NCBI GenBank assembly: GCA_040954595.2
Contig: CM082580.2
Span: forward strand, 424,783 to 488,782
Reading direction: 5' to 3'
Origin: Balanoglossus misakiensis
Lineage: Eukaryota; Animalia; Hemichordata
Length of the DNA stretch: 64,000 bases
Within the stretch, counting starts at the first letter, position 1; every line of letters begins with the position of its first letter. The notes beneath the pieces are model-generated. The model ran no database searches, was not told the DNA's origin, and saw only the letters and a program-made list of their open reading frames with translations. This document shows positions 38,485 through 51,300 of the stretch, in pieces. The translations under genes were made by a program, and so were the position numbers.

Positions 38485-38668
38485 TAGCACCCTGGCTTCT
38501 CTGCCAGAGGAGCGATAACATCGACAAAATGCAGATACACAAGAAATGAGCACTTTATTCCACAAGTGAAGTAGTCTGTTCCCTGCCCCATTCCCACCGC
38601 TGGCTGCGCCCTTGAGCGTAGCGCCGATGGCAGTGGGAATGGGGCAGGGGACCTAGTCCAGGAGCTAG
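38485..38668. repeat. Small element with an internal GC-rich hairpin
   Basis: ccctgccccattcccac...gtgggaatggggcaggg stem (~38581-38649). Ends ctagcaccctgg / ccaggagctag are imperfectly inverted. Confidence 0.5.
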
Positions 38669-41600
38669 ATGCCGTTAATCAGAATTTTTGGTAAGGAAGG
38701 TTTGAGAGTTCCATTCTATGTAAAAAATGGTGCTGATTCCAAAAATGTCAGTCTTATTGACCCCACTCAAGACAAAATTGCCATTTTGGCCATTTTTAAC
38801 CCAAAAATGGTGTTTTTTTAGAAAACACAAAAAACACACTGTTTTCGTCACATTCTAAGATCTGATGACATATGATATGCCTATTCTATGTAAAATTTGG
38901 TGAATATTACGAAAAAAATAGTTCGATTGACCCAATACAACAGAAAATTGCCTTTTTGACCATTTTTTGCCAAAAAAACGTCATTTTTAGAAAAAAATTA
39001 AAAAACACGGTTTTCTTCATAATAGTTGATCTGGTGATATATGGAAAGTCAATTCTATGTTAAAAGTGGTGACTTTAAAAAAAAAAGCAGTCTTTTTGAC
39101 CTCAATCAATACAAAAATGCCATTTTTGGCCACTTTTTGAGGTCAAAAAAGGTCATTTTTACAAAAAAACTAAAAATAAATTGTGTTTTTCATATTCAGA
39201 GATCATTGGATATATGAAGTGTCCATTCTATGTAAAAAACGGTGCTGATTTCAGAAATAGCAGTCTTATTGACCCTACTCAAGAAAAAAAATGCCATTTT
39301 TGCCACTTTTTGCCCCAAAACGTCATTTTTAGAAAACACTCAAAATTTATATATTTTCTTCACTTATATGCCCATCCTATGTAAAACTTGGTGATTATTC
39401 CAAAAAAGCAGATTTATTGACCCAACCTAATGCAAAAATGCCCTTTTGGAAAGTTATTACCCAAAAAGGCCGTTTTTAGAAAAAAAAATTAAAAACAAAC
39501 TTTTCTTCATAAAGCTCAGAGATCATGTGATATATGAAGTGTTCAACCTATGTAAAAAATGGTGCTAATTCCAGAAATAGCAGTCTTATTGATCCTACTC
39601 AAGAAAAAATGCCATTTTTGCCACTTTTTGCCCCAAAAACGTCATTTTCAGAAAACACTCAAAATTTATATATTTTCTTCACTTTCGGAGATCTGATAAT
39701 GTATTATATGCCCACTTTATGTGAAAAATTTCCAAAAAAGCAGTTTTATTGATGCCACCCAAGATAAAAGTGCCCTTTGGCAAGTTTTTGCCCAAAAAGT
39801 GTCATTTCTAGAAAACACCCAAAACTTTTATATTTTCTTCACTTTCGGAGATGATGATGTATTATGTACCCACTCTATGTGAAAAAATTCAAAAAAAAAT
39901 TACTAGCGCCACTCAAGAAAACAGTGCTTTTTTGACAAGTTTTTGCCCAAAAAGCCACTTTTCGAAAATCATTATAAACAAACTGTTTGATTCTTATTTG
40001 GAGATTCTATGATGTGTGAAAAGTACATTTATTGTAAAATAGGTGTTGATTCCAGAAATGCAGTCTTAATGACCTCAACCATGACGAAATCACCTTTTTG
40101 GCTAAGTTTTGCACAAAATTGTTATTTTTAAGAATATATTAATAAGCATTCTCTTTTCTTCACTTTCGGTGATCTTATTATAAATAAAAGCCCATTCTAT
40201 ATTGAAACGTGGTTACTGTTCCAAAAACGGAAGTCTTACTTACCCTATTCAATTGAAATTTGTAATTTCGGCCACTTTTTTGGTCAAAAATGTTCATTAA
40301 AAACAAACAAACTAAAGACAAATTGTTTTCTCCATATTCAGAGATCTGATCATGTATGAAAAGTCCATTCTGTGTAAAATTTGGTGACTATTCCAAAAAC
40401 GGCACTCTGGTTGTCAAAATTGCCTTTTTTGCTATTTGTAGCCAAAAATAGATCTACTCAAGAAAAAATTATCATTTTAGCCATTTTGTACCGAAAAAAT
40501 GTTTGTATTTGGAGTTTTTGCAAAATTAGCCCAAGTTGAACTCATAATGATGATGAAACAGCGTCGAGAGGAAAAGAAGTTACGAATGGAACAAAACTCG
40601 CGTCAATGAATGTAAACACGCCGCCCGGGACCAAGCTCTAAACATGATACAGATGACAAAAGAAAGGCATTGCACATTGCCCAAATATTCCCATACAGCA
40701 GTTCCAAATTAAAACGTCAAGGGTTTTATGTTTATTTAGTTTAAACCCACATTTTCCCTGCTGCGTGCTAGTTCAGGGGCCAGTTTTAGCAGTGCTCTAT
40801 TGAGTATTCTAGCATCGTTGCACTCCTGTCCAATCAGTATGATATAAATTATAATATAATTTCTGATTTTGTATTCAGATTGAAGAGAATAAATTTCAAC
40901 ACTCTCTCCCGAGCTGGCATATCTGAACCTAAATATTCCACACCACGCATAATCGACTTATAGTAGACAGTGCGTATACATGGATCATCTTATTGTTAAG
41001 TTCAGTTTTGGGCTAAATTTGCCAAATTGTGGCAACCCTGTCTTTCAATATCATCAATTTAATTGACATTATATGGTTATGGCGTTTTAAATATGCATAT
41101 ACAACATCAGAACACAAAAGGCAAAAACATCAATTATATTTGTTTTCTGAAAATGCCTATTGTTGACCAAAAGATGGCTAAATGGCAATTTTGTACTGAG
41201 CGGGGTGTCTCAATAAGACCATTGTGCTGGTATCAGCATATTTTTTGCACACACACACACAAAAAAAACGAATTTACATACATCACAAGGGCTCTGAATA
41301 TTAAGGAATAAGTTTGTATTTATTTTTTCTAACAGTTACCTTTTTGAGCAAAGAGGCCAAAATGATATTTTTTTCCCTCAGTGGGGTCAGTAAGAGTGGG
41401 TTTTTTAGTACTTTTATTTATCATTTGATCACCAATGGGAAGAAAATGGCATAATTTTCGTATTTTCTAGAAATGACACTTTTTGGGCAAAAACTTGCCA
41501 AAAAGGCACTTTTATCTTGAGTGGCATCAATAAAACTGCTTTTTTGGAAATTTTTCACATACAGTGGGCATATAATTCATTATCAGATCTCCGAAAGTGA

Positions 41601-42629
41601 AGAAAATATATAAATTTTGAGTGTTTTCTGAAAATGACGTTTTGGGGGCAAAAAGTGGCAAAATGGCATTTTTTCTTGAGTAGGATCAATAAGACTGCTA
41701 TTTCTGGAATCAGCACCATTTTTTACATAGGATGAACATTTCATATATCACATGATCTCTGAGCTTTATGAAGAAAAGTTTGTTTTTAAATTTTTTTCTA
41801 AAAATGGCCTTTTTGGGCAAAAACTTTCCAAAAGGGCATTTTTGCATTAGGTTGGGTCAATAAATCTGCTTTTTTCGAATAATCACCAGATTTTACATAG
41901 GGTGGGCATATAATACATTATCAGATCTCCGAAAGTGAAGAAAATATATAAATTTTGTGTGTTTTCTGAAAATGACGTTTTGGGGCAAAAAGTGGCAAAA
42001 ATGGCATTTTTTCTTGAGTAGGGTCAATAAGACTGCTATTTCTGGAATCAGCACCATTTTTTACATAGAATGGACATTTCATATATCCAATGATCTCTGA
42101 ATATGATAAACACAATTTATTTTTAGTTTTTTTGTAAAAATGACCTTTTTTGACCACAAAAAGTGGCCAAAAATGGCATTTTTGTATTGATTGAGGTCAA
42201 AAAGACTGCTTTATTTTTTAAAGTCACCACTTTTAACATAGAATTGACTTTCCATATATCACCAGATCAATCATTATGAAGAAAACCGTGTGTTTTATTT
42301 TTTTTCTAAAAATGACGTTTTTGGGGCAAAAATTGGTCAAAAAGGCAATTTTCTGTTGTTTTGGGTCAATCGAACTACTTTTTTCGTAATATTCACCAAA
42401 TTTTACATAGAATAAGCATATCATATGTTATCAGATCTCAGAATGTGACGAAAACAATGTGTTTTTAGTGTTTTCTAAAAAAGACCATTTTGGGGTTAAA
42501 AATGGCCAAAATGGCAATTTTGTCTTGAGTGGGGTTAATAAGACTGACTTTTTTGGAATGAGCACCATTTTTTACATAGAATGGACTTCTCAAACCTTCC
42601 TTACCAAAAATTCTGATTAACGGCACCTA
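38666..42629. mobile_element. ~4-kb foldback DNA element with >1.1-kb inverted arms made of ~165-170-bp tandem subrepeats; TAG...CTA termini (Academ-like, tentative)
   Basis: Left end tagatgccgttaatcagaatttttggtaaggaaggtttgaga is the reverse complement of right end tctcaaaccttccttaccaaaaattctgattaacggcaccta (1 mismatch). Mirrored ORF pairs 38872+/42424- and 39181+/42157- confirm arm homology. The attctatgt anchor recurs about every 170 bp. No clear TSD or transposase. Confidence 0.88.
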
Positions 42630-44379
42630 TCTCATAGTGTAACCAGACTACAAGTGAAGAACCCCAGTAACAGACGTAACGAACAAACAAACTACATGTA
42701 CTAACAACAAAGCAAGAAAAGTGTCAAGCGTCGTCAAAGAAAACGAAATAGTTCTAGCATGGTTGGTAAAAGTTATTGGTAGAAAACGAATAGGGCCTTC
42801 TACAAATGACGTCTCAGACCCGCAAACGCCACCAGAACACAAAACACATGCACAGAACAGTTTAAGCCGGTTGTTGTATGGAGCAGCAATAATCTGCGGT
42901 TGGGCCGTCGTAGATTTTCGCTGGTGGTGAAAATAAATAAAACACGATCGATGTTCGATTTATTCCAGATCACATGCGTTTACGGCCAGAAGAGAGCATA
43001 AAAGTCTTCAAATGACCATGTGGTGGCGCACTTTTTCCGATTGGCTGTATTTCAATTTGTTCGTGGTAAATTAATTTTGTGGAGGTGACCGGCACTGAAG
43101 CTCTTAGCTAGGATGAGGTGGGATGGAAAAATGCCCCATTTGACTCATTTTAGCTGTTTTAAAATATACGACTATTTATAGACAAAAGGAAAATAAAACA
43201 AGCGCAAAAACATACCAAACCTAGTTTTATTAATTACAAAAAAAATTGCTGAGTAAAGGTTTTCATGTGGGCATTCACTTTGAACTTGCTAAATTACTTT
43301 AAAGAGACAAAGTCGCTCTCTCTTTGTCCTTTTGCGATGATGGAATGCTTGCTTGAAGTCTCTCGTGCAATAAATGATGTCGATTCATACATGTATGGAT
43401 GGTGTATAGGTGGTCGGAATTTACATGTCTTTGCCACGTCCAAACCAAAAACACATAAAATCAAACTTTGGGTCATGAAATCGAGTTTTGTTACAGTCTA
43501 GAATTTCATGCCACCCCTTTTGGTCATATTATTCTTGGTAGGCAAAAGTGACAAGTAGTCAAGTTTCAACACAGGCAACATTTTTACAAACAAACCACAA
43601 AGAAGACATCAAAAGGGAGAGAATTATAGAATGGTCAATGTGTGAATAGTTAAGATACGTAAAGTGGCCGGGTTCAACATAACATTAACTCATCGACTTC
43701 ATATCGTCTTCATGCCATGGTTTTGCCTGCCCTGAAAAATCTTGTCGTTGCAGAAGTGGTTTTGACAGAAAGAATTTAGTCTTCCGGGATGTTTGTGATT
43801 ATTTGAACACCAGACAATACAATGCAACCTTGACTTCCAAAATACTTACCGGCATTGCATTATCTTACCATGGTTAGGCCTACAGAGAACAAATTTTCAA
43901 CAATATTTTCTGAGTTACCGCTGATATTTGTTTTGTAGTATGGATATTAAATTATACATCCCGATACAAAACAGAATGTTATAGAATCCTTCCTGAGTGA
44001 TATTGAAAAAATTACCGGAATGCTATAGCCTAATCTATGGTTAGGGTTATTGCTATTATTTTATATCAGTAATCGACTTTGTGTATATCAATGTCATTTT
44101 CATAACGAAAATGAACTCGAGTCTAATGTAAACGTTACGAATTGATCGAAAGGCGCTCTGATGAATGTTAACACGAGTGCGCAATGACAAGACATGCATC
44201 GTGCATGACAGTGACAACAGTTCCATTAGAGCAGTTAAAAAATAAACCGGCCGTCCGTAAATTTATCAGCTATATTTTTTTTTATTTAGTCAAGTTTTCC
44301 CTGTTGCATGCTATTAGTTCAGGGGCCAGTTTTAGCAGTGCTCTATTGAGTACTTTCGTATCGATGGATTGATCTCTCG

Positions 44380-44972
44380 TCCAATCAGAATGGCGGATGG
44401 TAGCATGATCCGACATATTGCGTATTACAATAGGGCTTCCTCATACAGGTCAGAACAGAGAGGTCATTCCTTTTATTTCAGGACGTCTCAGCTCCTTTGT
44501 CTTTTCTGTTATTTTTTGACAAATGCGGATTGACGTTCCATTTCCAATTGGCGATAATTATATTTATTTGTATTTCATTGCATAAGCGCTTGCTAGTCGT
44601 TTTTTAGCAATTTTTTTTGTAGTACAAAAACACTGAAGAAAACGAAATATTTTATTCATTCGCACTTCCAAAGAACACCGTGACATAATTCCTCAATTTG
44701 CATTTCAGTGTGTGTGTCTGGTGTGTCTGCATTGACGTGAGGCGCATTCTCCACCCGCACACATACGTTGCATTGCATTCTTTGACTAATTAGTGTTACG
44801 TCATGTTGAAGCAGGATTCTGATTGAGTAGTAAGTAAGTTGCATAATTGACGCACAGCTGGTGCCTCGTTCTCGTACCGCTGACCATTGCATTTGAAAAA
44901 TCATTGCAGCTTTGACGTTCATCAAGCATGGAGGTCCCGGTCGCCTCCATGCTTGATGATGTCGTTTCTCTG
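44380..44972 (+). promoter_or_regulatory. Promoter-like region and candidate first exon ending in donor CTG|gtaagc
   Basis: CCAAT (44381) and aatggcgg (YY1-like), five TGACG/CGTCA CRE half-sites (44531, 44733, 44799, 44848, 44913), local CpG retention, and a strong donor at 44972/44973. Motif-based inference only. Confidence 0.4.
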
Positions 44973-45217
44973 GTAAGCATGGCATTTAATGTTATTTTAC
45001 AAGTACATGTACACTCCTTCTAGCAAAAACTGGTCGTGGTAGGGCGAGAGGGTCCCCCCAACATCGAAATTCTGACTTTGGGAAGCGTTACAGCACCAAA
45101 CAGTAAACTCACAGTCGCATGGAATTTGTGCGTTATATTACACCGTGCGAGTAAATTGTACGTCGTTCGTTGGCTCGAGTCAGCTTTGTTATTGTGGAGC
45201 AGGTGGTACCGTAACAC

Positions 45218-45633
45218 CACAGGGGGCTCTCCCTAGGCGATTTTATTGTTTGTTTGTTGTTGTTGATTGGCATAATAAACAAATACATATTTCTTTATTA
45301 ATAAATATGGTTTGTTGACATGTAAGGGTTAGGTTATTAGGGTATATTTGACAGGTTATGGTATATTCAACGGTTAGAATTAGTGTTGGCATTTTTTCGA
45401 TCCATGGCCGGCATCACCCCCCCAAACCCCCCCCCCCCCCACCCCCTGTGGCTTAGTGATGCCCGGGGCCGTGGATCGAAAAAAATGCCAACAGTAACCC
45501 TAACTGTTGAATATACCCTAACACTTACATGTCAACAAACCATATTTATTAATAATGAAATATGTATTTGTTTATTATGCCAATCAACAACAACAAACAA
45601 ACAATAAAATCGCGGAGGGAGGAGCCCCCTGTG
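45218..45633. mobile_element. Fully palindromic MITE with 7-bp TSD (P-superfamily-like)
   Basis: gtaacac|cacagggggctc...gagccccctgtg|gtaacac with ~200-bp inverted arms. A CANRG terminus with a 7-8-bp TSD fits the P superfamily. Confidence 0.85.
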
Positions 45634-45836
45634 GTAACACACTACAGTATAACTTTTAAGGCAAAGCGATAGCGAATAAACTGACCAGGGTTGGTTTTGT
45701 TGTTGGGGAGATTTTTGGCACCATTGAGACTGTTATAAGCTACCAGTGGGAGCTATGGTATAGCCGTTAACACGCAGCCCTGCCACGCAGAGCTTCTATG
45801 ACTGGTTACTAACTTCTATGTCTATTTGATTCACAG

Positions 45837-45911
45837 ATGCTGCCTGAAACTGTCTGCGTTTCAACTCGGGATTCTCTTCCTTGTCCGGGGCGAGTTTAAG
45901 ACCGCTCAATG
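45837..45911 (+). other. Candidate exon A (75 nt)
   Basis: TACTAAC branch point, atttgattcacag| acceptor, ATG|gtaagc donor. One frame is open: CCLKLSAFQLGILFLVRGEFKTAQ. Confidence 0.6.
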
Positions 45912-46153
45912 GTAAGCATGACTTGCTTTATATTTGCTTTTATCGGGTGTTGCAACCGAAACAATAGGAAGAAATGTATGTCTACGAACTAATTTACATA
46001 TTCCAGCTTTCAATACAATGTACCTGTTTTTTCCCCTTCGAATTCTGGCCTCGATTGCTTGTGATATGATCGTGATGTCATGAATTAGATGGACAACTCA
46101 CAAGTTCAAATCTTCACGTGGAGCATAAAATAAATGTGGATGCATTTCCTTAA

Positions 46154-46500
46154 AGGGACAAAGTCTCTCTCTCGCTGCCCTTTTTTCCATTAATTATATT
46201 TGATACAAGACACCGTTTGTTATTCTACATGTAGATATATAGTGAATGAACGTTCAGCCACACACAACTTCCGTCCCACTTGTAGACACGATAGTAAAAA
46301 TACTCGCCAAAATGAATAATCGTTCTTTACCATTTATTCATTTTGGGCGAGTTTTTACTCTCATATCATACAAGCGGGATGGAAGTTTTGTGTGGTTGAT
46401 CATTTATTCACTATATATCCAAATGTACATTGACATAAACAGTGTCTTGTATCAAACATAATTAATGGAAAAAGGACAGCGACAGAGAGACTTTGTCACT
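46154..46500. mobile_element. Palindromic MITE family A, copy 3 (complete)
   Basis: catttcc-ttaa|agggacaaagtctctct...agagagactttgtcact|ttaa-ccatatagc. The paralogous empty site catttccttaaccatatagc lies at ~52611-52630. Confidence 0.93.
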
Positions 46501-46838
46501 TTAACCATATAGCTAAAATTACTCCCATATCAATACACAGGGAGATACTTTAACTTTGGCTGAACGTGTGCTAGTCCAAAACTATGCTTAATCAAACTGG
46601 CTAAGAGATCTGTTATTATATTAGACGCATGAAGGAAAGTAATGTTGTTTAGAGTGAAATAAAACAATACTTTAGGCCAGAAAGAAAAATGTAAATCATG
46701 ACACAAACAGGCTGGAAATTTTTTCTGACCCTATATTATACCATGTTTTGCATATTTTCACTAATTTGTATGGCCCACATAATTCTAAAGCAAGGTTGAT
46801 TGGTTACTAATTAATATTTGCATATATTTGATTCACAG

Positions 46839-46911
46839 TCTTAAACACAGCATTTCAACGTATGCCGGAGGAGGAAGAGAATACTTAGGCCTGATCCAAG
46901 ACCGCTTTCCG
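46839..46911 (+). other. Candidate exon B (73 nt)
   Basis: tggttactaa branch site, atttgattcacag| acceptor, CCG|gtaagc donor. The open frame LKHSISTYAGGGREYLGLIQDRFP is phase-compatible with exon A. Confidence 0.6.
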
Positions 46912-48386
46912 GTAAGCACACCTTGCTGTATACATGCTCCATAGCTTGTTTGTAAATGCTACCTTTTCCCATCAAATAGTGAAGTCACCCTTTTAAAATT
47001 ATGGTGGTGGCAAGCCACAACTGGTTATCATGAAGAGTTGGACACCACTAATAATCATTTTAATATTTTCCAATTGGTAACCTTTATGTACCACTATCCT
47101 CAACAATTTCAGTCAACAAGATTCATATTGCGCTGTATAGCAAGGCCAAACAAATATGACTGATTGATAGGGATTTTTCTGAAAATGTGACAAAATCAAC
47201 AAATAAACAATAATCAGTCACCAATCATGCATTATGTGTTATTCGAGGGAACCTGAGCGGGTCCCATAAACCTGCCAACCCATGCTAGCCATGACTTTAC
47301 AAATGTTTCCGTCATACTATGCAGAAAATTCTGGCTGCCTTAAATAGGTTTTTCACTTTGCGCTAGGTGTCAAATCTCATTGCATTCTGGGCGGAAAGTC
47401 CATAACCAACTGTAGTAAGAGATAGAAGAAATGATATGTTTACTGTATTTCATGACTTCCTTCGGTCAAACATTTCTGTCTCGGTAGTTAGCATATTAAA
47501 CTTTTTTTCACTTTTGCTATTTTTTCTGTTAAAAAGTTCAAGAATGACCCATCATCATTTTAGCTTATGAACTCCCATTTCTTTAACATGGCAAAAATCG
47601 GCCATCTTGAAATTATCGACCGTATGAGATTTTCATCACTCATTTAGGGTAGCTTAAAACGTGTTTAAAGTAGGGAGAATTGTATAGGCAAGACTTGGGC
47701 TGTAAATTTGATGAAATAGCTACATGACTATTGTTCACAAGCAGCTGACTGTACTGTAAGACTGGAAGTGTTGTGTACATATTTTACATATTCAATATTT
47801 GTAATTAGACCATGTCATGTATATCTTGGGGATTGCTCGATCACAATGTCTCTGCTGGTACAATGTCCTTTTAACATGTTCAGTAATATGGTAGTAATTG
47901 TAAGTTTGTGTGCGGCATTTGTAAATTATTTACAATTTATAAATTATTTTGTAAGTTTCTTCATTCTCAAATTGCTTGCCTAACGTACTGCATTAACATT
48001 TAAATTTTGGTATGATTTTGAGTAGACTTTTTGTTTCAAAATTATTTTTGACACTTTTGGGTGATATGATTTTACATGGAAAATCTGATTTCCCTGTAAT
48101 TCGGTTGACAGGATTTTCATCATATCTCTAAATCATGAAGTACATGTATCAGACTTGCATCAGGCCCTCAAAATTCTAGTCGCCTTTGGCAAGTAATATT
48201 AGCCATTGATCTGGGAAAGTTACAAAAATGTGTTGTCCAAGGACGTTGAAGGTACATGTGGTTTTTACACTTGCTGCATGTTTATAATTTGCAATAGAAA
48301 TAGACACTCAGTGCCAGCCCACTATCCCGTCTCCTTATTGCTGACTTGTATGTATGTACGTATGTACGCATTTTATCAGAATTATT

Positions 48387-51300
48387 AGGTCCCATTTGGT
48401 ATATGTATTTATACCATGGTACCTTACGGGATCAGTTGCACCTGTATGTATGGATGTTTGTATGTCCATCAACATCAAACATTTGGAAACTACTGGCATT
48501 TCACCTTGATATTTAATGTGCAGACAGGGCAGTAGATGGGAGTTTGTCTCAGTGAAGTTGTCATTGCCAAAATATGCAAATTAGCTGGGAAAGTGTCAAA
48601 TTCGTCAAAACTTGGGAACTCAACAACTACTGGGCAAATTGCTTTCAAAATTGATAATTGGTATGCATGTACCTTATGGTATCCTCTCACAATTCTACAT
48701 GTTGTGAGCTAATAATGTGAATTTTCTATTTTTAAGCATTTTTTTTTCTCTTTCCACATTGTCGGTAAAAACCTACTTTTCTGGAATTGATCAGCTGACT
48801 TGTTTGAAATTTATTATGAAGCTTCATAGGTGATCTGAGTTACCAACCATAGTTTTGTTTAAATTGTTGCCAAAAATTGCGTATTTATAATTTTGGAGCA
48901 ATTTTTAGGTCCCATTTGGTTTATGTACATATATACGATTGGGACCTTATGGAATCAGTTGCATTTGTATGTATGAGTGAATGGATGAAAACCGCTGGGC
49001 ATATCACTTCCATATTTAGTGTGTAGATGCAGGCGGGGCTGTAGATGGGATTTTGTTCAAATGAAATTGTCATTGCCAAAATATTACCTGTGTAAATGTG
49101 AAATTGGTCAAAAGTCAGAAACTTGACAACCACTGGTCAGATTGGTATGTCAATGAACCCCATACAGTCCTGTATGTTGTGAGCTAATATTATGAATTTT
49201 CTAATGTTTATTAATTTTTTTTGTCTTTTTCCACATTATTGGTAAAAAAAAATCTTCACTTCTGAAAGCGATAGTCCGACTCCTTCGAAATTTAGTATGA
49301 AGCTTCCTATGGGTGGTCCGAGTTACCATATTTTTTGTTCAGATTGTTGTAAAATAGGCATATTTATAATTTTGAGCAATTTTGCCAATTATGGTCAGAA
49401 TGCTTTGCAATTTGGTAGGCAGATTCCCAGGGGTAACCCAAGGAAGATGTCATAAAAATGGTTAAAACTGCGTGCTTGTGTTATTGGGGATATTTTTTGC
49501 AATCTTTGTCAAAAACTGTTTTCTGTTAAACCGTTCAAACCCTTGTCAGATTGCTTTGAATTTTGGCAGGAATGTTCCTTGTAGTGATTGAAGTAAGATG
49601 GTGTACAATTATAGAGATGTTTGCATATTTGTGTTTTTGCCACTTTTGAACAAATGTGTTTTTCTTTGAAACTGCTTTTTTGATGGCTTTGAAATATGGT
49701 AGGAATATTCCTAGGGGTAACCCAATTTTTAGCTCACCTGAAAATCACGTGAGCTTATAGTTTAGCGATGTCTGTGTATGTGTGTGTCTGTCTGTATACC
49801 CGATATCTCAAGAACCGCTGAACCGATTTCAACCAAATTTAGTACACAGGTTCAGATATCATATGGCAAGAACTGAAAAGGTTTTGGTGGGTGTGGCTTT
49901 GATATTAATGAAGTTATTAAAGTTTTAATTTTTCTATTACATGGTTGTCTATGAGAGCTTTCGTTAATGCTGCATATATGACCAGTGGAAACGATAATTT
50001 GAGGAGATCGACTGTTTGAGGGCGCTGTGAAATGAGACATTCCTGGCGATATTGCCGTGGTTCTGTCCATGCTCAGACGCTGTACCCGTCGTTACGAATA
50101 ACTTCCCTACGTGAATCCACAAGGAAGCTAACGTTGTTTAGTTGCTTCATAGAGCGTAAATTGTTAATCTACAGGACCGTCAGACGAATACTCTTTTCAA
50201 ATGAAGTTTGAAACTACTTACGAGTAAGTTAGTGGAGACAATATGGCGGATAGTTGGCGTGCAGCCGAATCCGCGTTATGACTATGACGTGACCCATTCA
50301 TCAAGACAAACCGTAAATGATTCACGCATATTGTGGTCCTCACGCAGTCAATCTCAAAATGTCACCAGGCTTTCTATTTGTCTATTGTTCAGAGAAAAAT
50401 AACATGGCGGTTGATCACACTCAACAGTAAAATCCGTTTTGTGTGTTTATAGACAGTCTGTTATCGCCAATACTATATAGCGATTGCTAGATGGCCTACC
50501 CAATATGTGATCGAGCGAGAATGATAACATTGAATGTCTGTTCAGATCTCATTCCGTATGTCATACGTCAACATTTCGATTTCGATTTAATCCATTCATA
50601 AAGAATTTAGAGAAAGTCGTCTTGAATTGTGACCCCGACTATCAATTAGTTTACGATGATTTTTTGGCGACGGAATACACGAGACGCCATTGCATAACTA
50701 CGTCAGCTGGACTTCCAAGGTTACCATTTTGTGTGTATGGAATCTTATCACAGAGCCTACGTACTTTGACAATATGCCATGCTATATCAATGACGCCCCA
50801 GAAAATTTGTCAAAAAATGAATTTGTCTTCTCATGGTGGTGCAATATATTTTAATGTCTATTTTGAGGTTGATTTTGGTTTTTGGCTAACATGTATATAA
50901 ATGTCAGCTTATAGCATAAGTTGGTGTCCGTCGGCTATGTATGTCTGTATGTGTGCCTCATACAGAATTATGTATTTTGTGAATGGATTAGTTTCGTCTT
51001 AATGTATTGATGTATGTATGTGTATGTCCATCAACATCAAAAACTTGAAACTACTGATATTTAGTGTGTACATAGAAATTGTTATTGCGAAAAAATGCAT
51101 ACTGGTATTAATTGGAAAAATGTTCAAATAGTCAAAATTGAAAAACTTAATAACAGCGGATCAGATTAAGTTAAAAATTGGCGTGCATTGGTGTGCAAGT
51201 ACTTTGGGAAGACCTAGTATGATTTTGTTCAGGTGGAGTCAGTATCTGGCGTTTCCTATTTTTTATGAATTTTTTGGGGAATTTTCTGCAGTTTTGTTAA

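Larger units (their letters stand above)
45789..49490 (+). repeat. Segmental duplication, copy 1 (paralog 52274-56693)
   Basis: Collinear homology starts at agagct(t/a)ctatgactggttactaac. Paralogous ORFs at 47768 and 55040. The right end is approximate because it lies within repeats. Confidence 0.9.

Noticed and set aside
45320-45525. Telomere-like ttaggg/ccctaa words
   Set aside because: Isolated, non-tandem, and internal to a MITE.
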